Numbered from the stretch's first letter, positions 9,251 to 18,530 are shown. The stretch: 64,000 nt of DNA from Candidatus Limnocylindria bacterium (GCA_035935465.1 DASYXA010000065.1:9172-73171), one strand, 5' to 3'. Notes: generated from the letters alone by a model not told the origin. Numbers and translations are program-made.

Positions 9251-10191
9251 GCCGTGTGCTCCGGCGTGCCGGCGAGGAGATACAGGAGGGCCATCCGCAC
9301 CGCGACGCCGTTGGTCACCTGCGTCTCGATGAGCGATCGCGCGCCATGCGCGACGGACGCGGCGATCTCGACGCCCTCGTTCATCGGCCCGGGGTGGAGC
9401 ACCGGCGCATCCGGCCGCATGCGCTTCGCCCGCTCCTCCGAGAGACCCCACGTGCGCGCGTACTCGCGCAGCGAGGGCAGCAGGCCGGCGTGCTGCCGCT
9501 CCTTCTGGAGGCGCAGCGCGATGACCGCGTCCGCGCCGTCGAGCGCGCGGTCGAGGTCCGGCTCGAACACCGTTCCCCGCGGCGTCATCCCGCAGCGCCA
9601 CGCGGACGGCACGAGCGTCGGCGGTCCGGAGAGCGTGACCGTCGCGCCGAGCGGCACCAGCGCGTCGATGTCCGACCGCGCGACCCGCGAGTGGGTGATG
9701 TCCCCGACGATCACGATCCGCTTGCCGGCGAGGTCGCCGAGGGCGGCGCGCAGGGTGTAGGCGTCGAGGAGCCCTTGGGTCGGATGGGCGTGCCATCCGT
9801 CGCCGGCGTTGATCACCGCCGCGTCCGTGCGCTCCGCGACGAAGTACGGGGCACCCGATGCGGCGTGGCGCATGACGATCACGTCTCCGCCCAGCGCCGT
9901 GAGCGTGCGCACCGTGTCGAGGAGGGTCTCGCCCTTCTCGACCGACGAGCCGCTCGCGGTGACGTTCGTGACGTCCGCGGAGAGCGCCTTCGCGGCGAGC
10001 TCGAACGACACCCGCGTGCGGGTCGACGCTTCGGCGAAGAAGAGGATGACGGTCCGGCCGCGGAGCGCCGGGGTGCGGCGGATCGGCCGGCCGAGCACCT
10101 CGACCATCGCGCTCGTCGTGTCGAGCACGTGCTCGATCTCGCCGCGTGACCAATCGTCCGTCGCGAGCACGTGGCGGCGCTGCCAGCTCAT
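9247..10191 (-). CDS. pyrB: Aspartate carbamoyltransferase catalytic subunit.
   Basis: [13 protein letters not shown] and HPGP motifs, 314 aa. The start at 10191 overlaps the pyrR stop. Confidence 0.92.
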   Translation of the reverse strand: MSWQRRHVLATDDWSRGEIEHVLDTTSAMVEVLGRPIRRTPALRGRTVILFFAEASTRTRVSFELAAKALSADVTNVTASGSSVEKGETLLDTVRTLTALGGDVIVMRHAASGAPYFVAERTDAAVINAGDGWHAHPTQGLLDAYTLRAALGDLAGKRIVIVGDITHSRVARSDIDALVPLGATVTLSGPPTLVPSAWRCGMTPRGTVFEPDLDRALDGADAVIALRLQKERQHAGLLPSLREYARTWGLSEERAKRMRPDAPVLHPGPMNEGVEIAASVAHGARSLIETQVTNGVAVRMALLYLLAGTPEHTA

Positions 10192-10727
10192 GCCGCCACC
10201 CCGGCGTGGACGAGCTCGACCTCGTCCGTGCCGCCGGTCTCGACGAGCTGGACGCGCACGTCGTCGGTGAGCGCGGTCGGCACGTTCTTGCCCACGAAAT
10301 CGGCGCGGATCGGCAGCTCGCGGTGGCCACGGTCGACCAGGACCGCCAGCCGGATGGCCCGCGGCCTGCCGTAGTCGACGAGCGCGTCCATCGCGGCGCG
10401 GATCGTGCGGCCGGTGAACAGGACGTCGTCCACCAGGACGACGATCTTGTCGTCGACCGAGAAGGGGATGACCGATTCACGGACCACCGGCGCGTGACCG
10501 ATGCGGGTCAGGTCGTCGCGGTACAGCGTGATGTCGAGCGACCCGAGGGGAAGGTCGAGGCCCTCGTTGCGGCGGATCGCGTCGTGGAGCCGCGTGGCGA
10601 TCAGATCGCCGCGCGCGCGGATCCCCACGAGCGTGAGCGCGGGAAGGTCGCGATCGCGTTCGACGATCTCGTGCGCGATGCGCGCGATGGCCCGTCGGAC
10701 GTCGTCGGGCGCGAGGATGATCGGCAG
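10188..10727 (-). CDS. pyrR: Bifunctional pyrimidine operon regulator / uracil phosphoribosyltransferase PyrR. Start is non-canonical (candidate CTG at 10727).
   Basis: Hand translation upstream of the tracked GTG gives [64 protein letters not shown], a full PyrR N-terminus. No ATG, GTG or TTG lies between the in-frame TAA and this conserved region. Confidence 0.85.
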   Translation of the reverse strand: MPIILAPDDVRRAIARIAHEIVERDRDLPALTLVGIRARGDLIATRLHDAIRRNEGLDLPLGSLDITLYRDDLTRIGHAPVVRESVIPFSVDDKIVVLVDDVLFTGRTIRAAMDALVDYGRPRAIRLAVLVDRGHRELPIRADFVGKNVPTALTDDVRVQLVETGGTDEVELVHAGVAA

Positions 10728-10730
10728 CTG

Positions 10731-10770
10731 CGCACTCCCTTTCCGGCCTCGCAGGACCGGTCGTTAAAGG
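10731..10770 (-). promoter_or_regulatory. PyrR RNA-binding loop in the pyrR leader, overlapping the Shine-Dalgarno sequence. Probable -10 (TATACT) just upstream on the same strand.
   Basis: The leader reads UUUAACGACCGGUCCUGCGAGGCCGGAAAGGGAG. Compare the PyrR binding-loop consensus RUCCNGNGAGGYU preceded by UUUAAC. AAAGGGAG is the SD. Confidence 0.6.
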
Positions 10771-10792
10771 TCGACGCGTGTACCGTCAGTAT

Positions 10793-11491
10793 ATGCGGCT
10801 TCTCACCGCGATCTTCGCCGTGCTGGCGCTCGTCGCGATCGCCGCGCTCGCGAGCGCGCCGCGCCCGGGTCCCGTCACGCTCGCAGTGCCGCCGACCCCC
10901 ACGCCGCGGGTCTGGGACTGGCCGCCGGCGGCGCCGACGGAGCAGCCGACGCTCGCGCATCCGCGGCTGCTCTCCGGGTTCATCGTCCCGGTCGACGGCG
11001 TGGCCATCCCGACCGATGCGCTGCACCTGCCGAACTCCCCCCGCGACTACCGCGCCGGCTATCACGAGGGCATCGACTTCCCGGCGAACGCCGGAGCGCC
11101 CGTGCATGCCGCGAAAGCGGGCACCGTCGTCCGCGTCGACAGCGCGTTCACCGAGTGGACCGCCGCCCTCGAGCAGGCCGCGTTCACGGAGTCGCTGGCC
11201 CTCGGGTACACGCCGACCGCGATCCTCGACCGGATCCGCGGGCGCCAGGTCTGGATCGATCACGGCCGTGGCATCGTGACGCGCTACGCGCACCTCTCGG
11301 CGGTCGCGTCGCTGCGGGTCGGCGATCCCGTGGCGCAGGGCCAGGTCATCGGCGCTGTCGGGAGCTCGGGCTACCCCGAGGGCGGGCCGCATCTGCACTT
11401 CGAGATCCGCGTCGGCGATGACTTCTACGGCGATGGGCTGCCGCTTCCGCAGCTGCGCCACGCGATCAGCGTGGCGTTCCGATCGCCATGA
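10793..11491 (+). CDS. M23-family (LytM-type) metallopeptidase with N-terminal signal/TM segment. Alternative GTG start at 10778.
   Basis: YHEGIDF..GAPVHAAKAGTVV...HGRGIVTRYAHL..VGDPVAQGQVIGAVGSSGYPEGGPHLHFEIR carries the HxxxD and HxH motifs of peptidase M23. Confidence 0.85.
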   Translation: MRLLTAIFAVLALVAIAALASAPRPGPVTLAVPPTPTPRVWDWPPAAPTEQPTLAHPRLLSGFIVPVDGVAIPTDALHLPNSPRDYRAGYHEGIDFPANAGAPVHAAKAGTVVRVDSAFTEWTAALEQAAFTESLALGYTPTAILDRIRGRQVWIDHGRGIVTRYAHLSAVASLRVGDPVAQGQVIGAVGSSGYPEGGPHLHFEIRVGDDFYGDGLPLPQLRHAISVAFRSP

Positions 11492-11507
11492 GCGGTCGAC
11501 CGCGTGG

Positions 11508-12170
11508 CTACTTCCCGATGTCGGGCAGCAGGAACAGCAGCAGGAACGAGAGCGCGTTGAGCGTCCCGTGGGCGAGCGCGTTCGTCCAGAGGCTGTGCCG
11601 CCGCTCGTAGAGGTACGCGAGCGCCATCCCGAGCGCGAAGACCGGCAGCCAGGCCGCGATCTCGTGCGCCACGGCGAAGAGCGCGCTCGACAGGATCGCG
11701 GCGGAGGCGAAGCGCATCCGCTGCCGGAGCAGCCCGAACAGCACGACCCGGAAGAAGAGCTCCTCGACGACCGCCACGACGCCGGCGCCGAAGAGGAGAT
11801 CGATGACGAGGCCGGGGAGCGAGCGGTGCGCGGCGGCGGCCGCGATGAGCGACTGCGGGTGCGCGCCGACGACCGCGGCCTGCAGATTGGCGATCGCGAT
11901 CGAGAGCAGCCACAGCGCGACGCCGGCGCCGATCCCGAGGCGGGCGCGGACCGGGGCCGCGAGGCCGAGGTCGGCGCGCCCGAGCCCTGTCCAGACGCGC
12001 AGCAGCACGAGCAGGCCGACGCCGAGCGTGAGGTCCTGGGCCGCGGTGAGGATGCCGATCTGCTCGGGGGTGAGCTGGTCGAGGTGGCCGATCGGGATGG
12101 CGAACGCGCGCCCGGCGACGAGGACCGCGACGTTGGCGACGAGGAACGCGGCGACCGCGCTGACGAGCAC
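11508..12170 (-). CDS. CPBP-family (CAAX-protease-like) intramembrane metalloprotease.
   Basis: Motifs EELFFRVVLFG, FAVAHE and HGTLNA in a polytopic hydrophobic protein. Confidence 0.8.
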   Translation of the reverse strand: MLVSAVAAFLVANVAVLVAGRAFAIPIGHLDQLTPEQIGILTAAQDLTLGVGLLVLLRVWTGLGRADLGLAAPVRARLGIGAGVALWLLSIAIANLQAAVVGAHPQSLIAAAAAHRSLPGLVIDLLFGAGVVAVVEELFFRVVLFGLLRQRMRFASAAILSSALFAVAHEIAAWLPVFALGMALAYLYERRHSLWTNALAHGTLNALSFLLLFLLPDIGK

Positions 12171-12217
12171 CGGCCAGAAGCGCCACCGCCGAGGCGGCGC
12201 GGCGGGCGCGGGAGTGT

Positions 12218-12664
12218 CTAGCGGAGGCCGGTCCGTCGTGCCCGGAGCGCCGCCTCGAGCACGACCTCACTCCAATCGGAGGCGAGTGGCCGTGGCGTGC
12301 GCGCGAAGACGCCGATCTCGGCGACGTCCTCCGGGGTCTCGTACGCCCACGGGACGTGGCGCACTTCGCACATGTACACGTACGAGGTCGACGGCTTCGG
12401 GTCGGTGGAGCGGATCGCGCCGAGGAGGTCGAGCTTCGAGGCGACGATGCGGGCGGAATCCCAGAGCTCGCGCTTGGCGACCTCGAGGATCGTCTCGCCG
12501 GAGCGGCGGGTGCTCGTCGGGAACTGCCAGCCGGTGCCCTGCTCCTTGCGCACGAAGACGGTGAGGTCGCCGTAGAAGGGGATGATCACGGCCAGCTGGG
12601 CCGAGGCCGGTGGGTACTCGCGGAAGGCGTTGTCGCGTCGCGATACGAACGTGGCGTCGGCCAT
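12218..12664 (-). CDS. NUDIX-like hydrolase (degenerate Nudix box).
   Basis: GETILEVAKRELWDSARI resembles G-x5-E-x7-REUxEE. Size and position are plausible. Confidence 0.45.
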   Translation of the reverse strand: MADATFVSRRDNAFREYPPASAQLAVIIPFYGDLTVFVRKEQGTGWQFPTSTRRSGETILEVAKRELWDSARIVASKLDLLGAIRSTDPKPSTSYVYMCEVRHVPWAYETPEDVAEIGVFARTPRPLASDWSEVVLEAALRARRTGLR

Positions 12665-12720
12665 CAGCCGCGAACGTACCCTGTCGCGGAAGTGACCGTC
12701 AATAGCTCACCAGTGTCCGT

Positions 12721-13809
12721 TCAGCGTGCGGCCGCCGCCTGCAACGCGGCGGCCACGACGAACGGATCGGAGGCGATGACGCTCGCGGCGTAGAGCTCCA
12801 TCGACCCGATATCGCACGTGCGACTGCCCGGATCGCCGCGATCGACCAACCGGGCGAGCGGCGGGAAGCGCCGCCAGTCCGCGCCGTCCGCGGCGAGCGG
12901 CGGCAGGTACAGCGCCAGGTCGTGCGCGACCGCCCCGACCGAACGGAGCGCGCGGAGCGCGTGGCCGACGCCGGCGGCGATCGTCCGCTCGTTCGCGCCC
13001 GGCGCACCGAGGATGACGAGCTCGCGCTCCTTCACCGGGGTGAGCGTCGCGAACACGCGCGCACCGCCCACCGCCACGCCCAGCCCGAGGGCCTCGTGCA
13101 CGATCCAGAGGTCGTCGAAGTAGTCACGGTGGTGCCGCTCGTCGTACGCGAGCGCGGCCTGCCGCAGGCGCTCGACCTTCGGGTAGTGCATCCCGCGCGT
13201 CGTGGTCATCTGCATGTGCCCGTGGACGATCGATCCGCCCGCCCGCCACAGGCAGTTCCACATGAGGAAGTAGTACGGAGCCGCCGGGTCGCGCGCGAAC
13301 GCCGCCTCCGCCCAGGACCGCGCGGTCGTGAAGTGGTCGCCGATGGCCTCGGCATCCAGCGGTACCCGCGGGTCGTGCGCGTTGAAGATCAGGACGCCGT
13401 GGTAGCCGTCGTACTTCGCGACGTTCGACGCGGTCACGCCGAGCCGGCCGGAGATCCGCCCGAAGTCGTCGGCCGGCGTGCCGGTCTCCGGGTGGCAGAA
13501 CGGATCGTTCTCGGTGGAGCGGATCGTCTCGTCGACCTCCGCGCCGCTCTTCTCGGGAACCGACATCGGCCGGCGCGCGCGCAGGTCGTTGAACAGCGCG
13601 CCCTCGAGCGTGACGCGGTCGGTGACCCGCACGATCCGCTGCGCCGTCACCGACTCGACGGAGCCGAAGAGCTTCTCGATCCACGGGCGCATCTCCTCGG
13701 GCGCGACGAGCGTCCCGGTGGTGGCGCTGACGGCGAAGATCCGGTCCGCGGCCGAGCGCGCCTCCGGCGGAAGCCCGGCGATGCGCTCCTCGAGCTCGAC
13801 CATGCTCAT
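12721..13809 (-). CDS. HIT-superfamily GalT-like nucleotidyltransferase/phosphorylase (ADP-glucose- or UDP-hexose-phosphorylase-like).
   Basis: From MSMVELEE, 363 aa, with the HxHxQ active-site signature (SIVHGHMQM) and a DPFCHPE putative metal site. The ATG at 13809 overlaps the glgA stop (ATGA). The tracked 464-aa ORF has an R-rich false N-terminus. Confidence 0.65.
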   Translation of the reverse strand: MSMVELEERIAGLPPEARSAADRIFAVSATTGTLVAPEEMRPWIEKLFGSVESVTAQRIVRVTDRVTLEGALFNDLRARRPMSVPEKSGAEVDETIRSTENDPFCHPETGTPADDFGRISGRLGVTASNVAKYDGYHGVLIFNAHDPRVPLDAEAIGDHFTTARSWAEAAFARDPAAPYYFLMWNCLWRAGGSIVHGHMQMTTTRGMHYPKVERLRQAALAYDERHHRDYFDDLWIVHEALGLGVAVGGARVFATLTPVKERELVILGAPGANERTIAAGVGHALRALRSVGAVAHDLALYLPPLAADGADWRRFPPLARLVDRGDPGSRTCDIGSMELYAASVIASDPFVVAAALQAAAAR

Positions 13810-15218
13810 CGGCCGTGCCGCTCCTGCGCGAGCCGGTAGAGATCGAGGTATCGCTTCGCCGACGCGGTCCACGAGTGATCCAAGCGCATCGCCCGGCCGC
13901 GGAGCTCGTTCCAGCGATCGCCGTCGCGGCGGAACGCCCGGAGCGCGCGAGCGAGCGCCCCCGAGAACGCCGTCCGGTCGTACTGCGCGAACGAGAAGCC
14001 GTTCCCGTCCCGCGGACGCTCGTCGAGATCGCGCACCGTGTCGGCGAGACCGCCGACGGCGCGCACGACCGGAATGGTCCCGTACCGGAGCGAGATGAGC
14101 TGGCCGAGGCCACACGGCTCGAACCGCGACGGCATGAGGAAGAGGTCACAGCCCGCGTAGATGCGCTGGGCCAGCGCCGCATCGAAGCCGAGCGTGAGGA
14201 ACAGCCGCGACGGGTAGCGCTTGTGGAGCGTGCGCCAGCGCTCCTCGTACGCGGGGTCGCCGCTGCCGAGCACGACGAGCTGCGCGCCGCCCTCGAGGAG
14301 GTCCGGCGCCACCGCGATGAGCAGGTCGACGCCCTTCTGCTCGACCAGCCGGCCGATCACGCCGAGCACCGGGCTCTCGGCATCCACCCGCAGCCCGCCC
14401 TCCGCCTGGAGCGCGGCCTTGTCGACGGCCTTCCCACGGCGGTCCTCGGCGGAGAACGGCGCCGCGAGGTGCGGGTCCGTCGCCGGATCGAAGACGTCGG
14501 TATCGATGCCGTTCACGATCCCGCGGACATCCGCCTTGCGCTGCCGGAGCAGACCCTCGAGACCTTCGCCGAACTCGGGCGTCAGGATCTCCTTCGCGTA
14601 GCGCGGGCTCACGGTGCTCACGATGTCCGCGCGCGCGATCGCGCGGGCCATCGGGTTGCACTCGCCCGGCCGCTCGGGCGCGACGCGTGTCTTCGGCAGC
14701 CCGACCGGTGCCAGGAGCTCCGCCGACGTCTTCCCCTGGTACGCGAGGTTGTGGATCGTGAAGACTGTCGCGGCGGCGCGCGCGATCATCGGGACGAGGA
14801 GCGCCGCGTGCCAGTCGTGCGCGTGCACGACGTCGGCCGGCTCGTCGGCGAGCGCCGTCGCGACCGCGCGGCAGAAGAACGCGTAGCGCTTCGCGTCGTC
14901 GGGTGCGCCGTAGACCCTGTCGCGCCCGATCCGCTTGTGCGTGACGAACACGATGCGGACACCTTCACGTTCGATCGCCGGATACGTGACCCGGAAGGAC
15001 GACGCGCCGTACGTCACCGACCGCTCGACCCCATCGCCCGGGATGCCCCAGCGCGCGCGATCGATCGTGCCGTGGAGCGGCACGTACAGCGTCACAGCGC
15101 AGCCGAGCCGGGCGAGCGCCTGCGGGAGCGAGCCCGCCACATCCGCGAGCCCGCCGACCTTCGCGAACGGCGCGGCCTCGGCGGCGGCGAAGGCGGCCCG
15201 GAGGGTGAGAGCCGGCAT
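13806..15218 (-). CDS. glgA: Glycogen/starch synthase (GT5, ADP-glucose type).
   Basis: MPALTLRAAFAAAEAAPFAKVGGLADV... contains the KVGGLAD motif, 470 aa from the ATG at 15218. The upstream 242 aa of the tracked ORF are rejected. Confidence 0.9.
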   Translation of the reverse strand: MPALTLRAAFAAAEAAPFAKVGGLADVAGSLPQALARLGCAVTLYVPLHGTIDRARWGIPGDGVERSVTYGASSFRVTYPAIEREGVRIVFVTHKRIGRDRVYGAPDDAKRYAFFCRAVATALADEPADVVHAHDWHAALLVPMIARAAATVFTIHNLAYQGKTSAELLAPVGLPKTRVAPERPGECNPMARAIARADIVSTVSPRYAKEILTPEFGEGLEGLLRQRKADVRGIVNGIDTDVFDPATDPHLAAPFSAEDRRGKAVDKAALQAEGGLRVDAESPVLGVIGRLVEQKGVDLLIAVAPDLLEGGAQLVVLGSGDPAYEERWRTLHKRYPSRLFLTLGFDAALAQRIYAGCDLFLMPSRFEPCGLGQLISLRYGTIPVVRAVGGLADTVRDLDERPRDGNGFSFAQYDRTAFSGALARALRAFRRDGDRWNELRGRAMRLDHSWTASAKRYLDLYRLAQERHGR

Positions 15219-15335
15219 CCGGAGATTGTCAGCAGTTCGTAAGAACGGCGCAGGGAGCGCGCCATTCGAGACCGCAACGGAACCCGCCAGGCGCGTTGAG
15301 CATCTACAACCGGTGGCGCGTTCAGGAGGGCGGAG

Positions 15336-15986
15336 ATGACACGCAAGAGCTGGCCGCTGGCGGTCGTGGCCGGCGCATGCACCACGGCGCTGGTCGGCGG
15401 GGTGGCCCTCGCGGGCTTCCAGCCGTTCGCGGGCCCCGACGGCATGGTCGTCGGTGGACCGCCCGCGGCATTCGCCGCGAAGGACCAGCCCCGCGACAAG
15501 CTGAAGGAGATCCTCGACGCCCTCGTGGCGAAGAACACGATCACGCAGGCGCAGGAGGAGGCGATCCTCCAGGCGCTCAGGGACGGGCGGCCCTCGCCGA
15601 AGCCGAAGGCGCCCGGCTCGAAGCCGGTCCGGCCGAACGTCCCGAAGGTGCGGTCGTTCATCGGCGACGTCGTGAAGACCACGAGCCAGTACCTGGGTGT
15701 GGACCGCAGGACGCTCGTAACCGAGCTGCGCGCCGGGAAGAGCCTCGCCGAGCTCGCGAACGCCGCACCGGGGAAGAGCGCGCAGGGTCTGATCGACACG
15801 CTCACGGCGGCCGCGGACGGGAAGGTCGATCGGGCCGTCGCGGCGAACAGGCTCACCACCGAGCAGGCCGCGACGCTGAAGCCGAAGATCGCGGCGGAGA
15901 TCACGACGGTCGTCGACCGTTCGTTCACGAAGCGGCCGCCGCACCCGCTCGCGCCGGTCAGGCCGACCCCCACGCCGAAGTCGTAA
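15336..15986 (+). CDS. Hypothetical secreted protein (signal peptide, Lys/Ala-rich repeats).
   Basis: AGGAGGG SD 6 nt before the ATG. N-terminal hydrophobic segment LAVVAGACTTALVGGVALA. AAG-rich coding typical of genuine genes here. Confidence 0.6.
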   Translation: MTRKSWPLAVVAGACTTALVGGVALAGFQPFAGPDGMVVGGPPAAFAAKDQPRDKLKEILDALVAKNTITQAQEEAILQALRDGRPSPKPKAPGSKPVRPNVPKVRSFIGDVVKTTSQYLGVDRRTLVTELRAGKSLAELANAAPGKSAQGLIDTLTAAADGKVDRAVAANRLTTEQAATLKPKIAAEITTVVDRSFTKRPPHPLAPVRPTPTPKS

Positions 15987-16124
15987 GGCACTGGACCGCG
16001 AAGTATCCGAACGGTCTCGGTGGCAACGGAGAACGTCCTAGGACCGTGCTTCCCGGGCCGAAGTAACGCGCATGCTCGCGCCTCGTTGGTCACGGAGAGC
16101 GACGCCGGGCGACGAGGGAACACG

Positions 16125-18149
16125 ATGGGGAATCCGCTGGTCAACGCATTCGACCGGAGATCCGGGGCTATCGTAGGCAGCCCCGGCAGCGAAGGAACGC
16201 GGCGGGGTACGGAGCTGGGAGTGGATCGCGTCCTCGATCAGCGCTACCGGATCCTCGAGCCGATCGGCGCGGGCGGCTCATCTCAGGTCTACCTCGCGCA
16301 GGACACGGCACTGGGCCGCGAGGTCGCGATCAAGGTGCTCGACCCCCACGCCGCGGCCGACACCACGCTCCGCAAGCTCTTCGTCAAGGAAGCGCGCGCG
16401 CTCGCACAGCTCTCCCACCCGAACATCGTCGGCGTCTTCGATGTCGGTGAGGTCGACGGGCTGCCGTTCATCGTCATGGAATACGTGCCTGGCGCGTCCC
16501 TGAAGTCGCGCATCGAGCGCGCCGGCGCGCTCCCGCTCGCGGACGCGGTGCGGCTCGCCGACGGCATCGCGAGCGGCCTCTCGTTCGCGCATTCGCGCGG
16601 GATCATCCACGCCGACATGAAGCCGTCGAACGTCCTGCTGGACCAGAGTGACAAGCCGAAGATCTGCGACTTCGGCATCGCCCGCACGCCCGAAGAGAGC
16701 TCCGAATCGCCGCAGCTCTTCGCGACGGCGCTGTATGTCGCGCCGGAGCGCGTCGAGGGCAAGCCCGCGTCCGTCGCGTCCGACGTGTACGGGCTGGGCC
16801 TCGTCCTGTACGAGATGCTGGTGGGCAAGCCGCCGTTCACGAGCGGCAACGCGGCCGTGCTCCTGCGCGACCACGTCGTCCGCCCGCCCGTTCCGCCGAG
16901 CCACCTGCGGCCGTCGCTGCCGAAGGATGTCGACACGATCGTGTTGAAGGCGCTCGCCAAGGATCCGGCGCTGCGCTACCAGAAGGCGACCGAGATCGGC
17001 GACGCCCTCACCAAGACCCTTCAGGCGCACACCGCCATCGTGCCCGCGCATCACGGGTTCGAGGATTACGCCCCCGGCGTGATGACCGAGCCGCTCCGCG
17101 GGTTCGTGCCCCGAACCGAGCAGAGCCCGGTCGTCGCGCTGCTCACCGCGTACGGGCGGCCGATCCGCCGTGGCTTCTACGGCGTGCTCGGCGCCCTTCC
17201 GCTGTTCGCGCTGACGCTCGTCGCGGGCCTGGGCATCATTCCGGCAGCGCTCGGCGGAGGCCTCGTGCTGCTGATCGGATTCGCCGGACAGCTCGGACTC
17301 GGCCTCACGATCGCGTGGGTCCTCGAGACGGCGCTGCTCTTCCTCTTCGTCCCGGGCATCGCGGTGCTCTGGGCGGTCATGGGTCTCTTCCTCTGGCTCC
17401 GCGACGTATCGAGCGAACGGACGGCGATGGCGATCGCGATGCCGGTCACCGCACCGTTCGGCCTCGCGCCCGCGCTCGTGCTCTCCGCGTCGGCGATCCA
17501 CGGGCTGGGCGGCGTCGTCACGGTCCTCTGGGGCGCGGCCATGACGATGATCGTCGCGATCGCAAGCGGCCAGCAGTCGTTCGGCGCCTTCGTGCAAAGC
17601 GGCCTCTCGCTGCAGCAAGAGACGCTGTTCAGCGCGGTCCGCGCGACCGAGGCCAAGAGCGCCTTGCTCACCGCGCTGCAGGGCAACAGCCCCGATCGCT
17701 TCGGGCCGCTCCTCACGCTGCTCGACCCGACCGCGATCCTCGGTCAGATGACCGGCATCGTGTCGCGCGTCAGTGGCGCGGATGTGACCTGGATCGGCAC
17801 GGTCATCGCCTGGGCGGTCGCGGCCCTGGTGGTCTGGACGGTGACGCGCCTGCTGCGCGTGCTCTTCGACACCGTCCTGCGGCGGCCGAAGCGCTGGTTC
17901 GCGCTCTACGTCTTCGCGGTGGCCCTCGGCATCGTGAGCGGCGCGGCGGTGCTGTACATGCTGTTCGTCACCTGGGCGCCGCTCGCCGGGTCACCGGCGC
18001 GTCCCGCGGACGGCATCCTGTTCATCGCCGCGCTCGTCGGGGCGACGCTCGCGACCGCGCTGAGCGTCGTCATCAGCGCGACGGAGCAACCGGCGCCGGA
18101 CGAAGGCGCCGCACCCGCGATGACCGGCGCCCGCGCGCTCGTCCGCTAG
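16125..18149 (+). CDS. Hanks-type Ser/Thr protein kinase fused to a polytopic (about 8 TM) C-terminal membrane domain.
   Basis: Kinase subdomains GAGGSSQVYLA..VAIK, HADMKPSNVLL, DFGIAR, APE and DVYGLGLVLYEML, then about 350 aa of hydrophobic helices. Start assigned to MGNPLVNAF. Confidence 0.85.
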   Translation: MGNPLVNAFDRRSGAIVGSPGSEGTRRGTELGVDRVLDQRYRILEPIGAGGSSQVYLAQDTALGREVAIKVLDPHAAADTTLRKLFVKEARALAQLSHPNIVGVFDVGEVDGLPFIVMEYVPGASLKSRIERAGALPLADAVRLADGIASGLSFAHSRGIIHADMKPSNVLLDQSDKPKICDFGIARTPEESSESPQLFATALYVAPERVEGKPASVASDVYGLGLVLYEMLVGKPPFTSGNAAVLLRDHVVRPPVPPSHLRPSLPKDVDTIVLKALAKDPALRYQKATEIGDALTKTLQAHTAIVPAHHGFEDYAPGVMTEPLRGFVPRTEQSPVVALLTAYGRPIRRGFYGVLGALPLFALTLVAGLGIIPAALGGGLVLLIGFAGQLGLGLTIAWVLETALLFLFVPGIAVLWAVMGLFLWLRDVSSERTAMAIAMPVTAPFGLAPALVLSASAIHGLGGVVTVLWGAAMTMIVAIASGQQSFGAFVQSGLSLQQETLFSAVRATEAKSALLTALQGNSPDRFGPLLTLLDPTAILGQMTGIVSRVSGADVTWIGTVIAWAVAALVVWTVTRLLRVLFDTVLRRPKRWFALYVFAVALGIVSGAAVLYMLFVTWAPLAGSPARPADGILFIAALVGATLATALSVVISATEQPAPDEGAAPAMTGARALVR

Positions 18150-18184
18150 GCGAGGCCGACCGCGGTCCGCGCGGCGCTGCCGCA

Positions 18185-18340
18185 AGCCGCCGGCCGCGCC
18201 ACGCCGGGACGACCGTCGAGATGAACACCCGGACCAGGCCCACGATCGGCACCGCGAAGAGCGCGCCGACGATGCCGGCCGCTTGAACCCGGCGAGCAGC
18301 GCGAGCATCGCGGCGAGCGGGTGCAGCCCCACCGCGTGGC
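18185..18340 (-). pseudogene. Possible remnant of an AI-2E (PerM/YhhT) family transporter C-terminus, frameshifted.
   Basis: Minus-strand fragments HAVGLHPLAAMLALLAGF and, in a +1 frame, AGIVGALFAVPIVGLVRVFIST resemble the conserved AI-2E C-terminal motif. There is no start or intact ORF. Confidence 0.25.
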
Positions 18341-18530
18341 TACGTCGCGCTCGCCGCGCTCGCCGTGATCGCGGTCCTTGGCGCGTCGCGCCTCGTGCTC
18401 GAGACGCTGGCTGCGGATGCAGGCGCCGAAGACTCCTCGGCGCGTTCGCCGGCATCGTCGAGCTCGTCCCGCGCTCGGTGAGGCACCGGGCATGCCACCT
18501 GGCGCGGACGCCGATTTTTCGGGTTTTTGC

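Noticed and set aside
8021-10480. 819-aa ORF suggesting a giant PyrC-containing fusion.
   Set aside because: The N-terminal about 410 aa are R/G/A-rich junk overlapping pyrB in another frame. The dihydroorotase homology starts only at the GTG at 9250.
13124-14182. 352-aa and other long ORFs (13806–15944 N-terminal part, 14146–14661) across the glgA/GalT-like region.
   Set aside because: Alternative-frame artefacts. The conserved GlgA and HIT-like frames account for the DNA.
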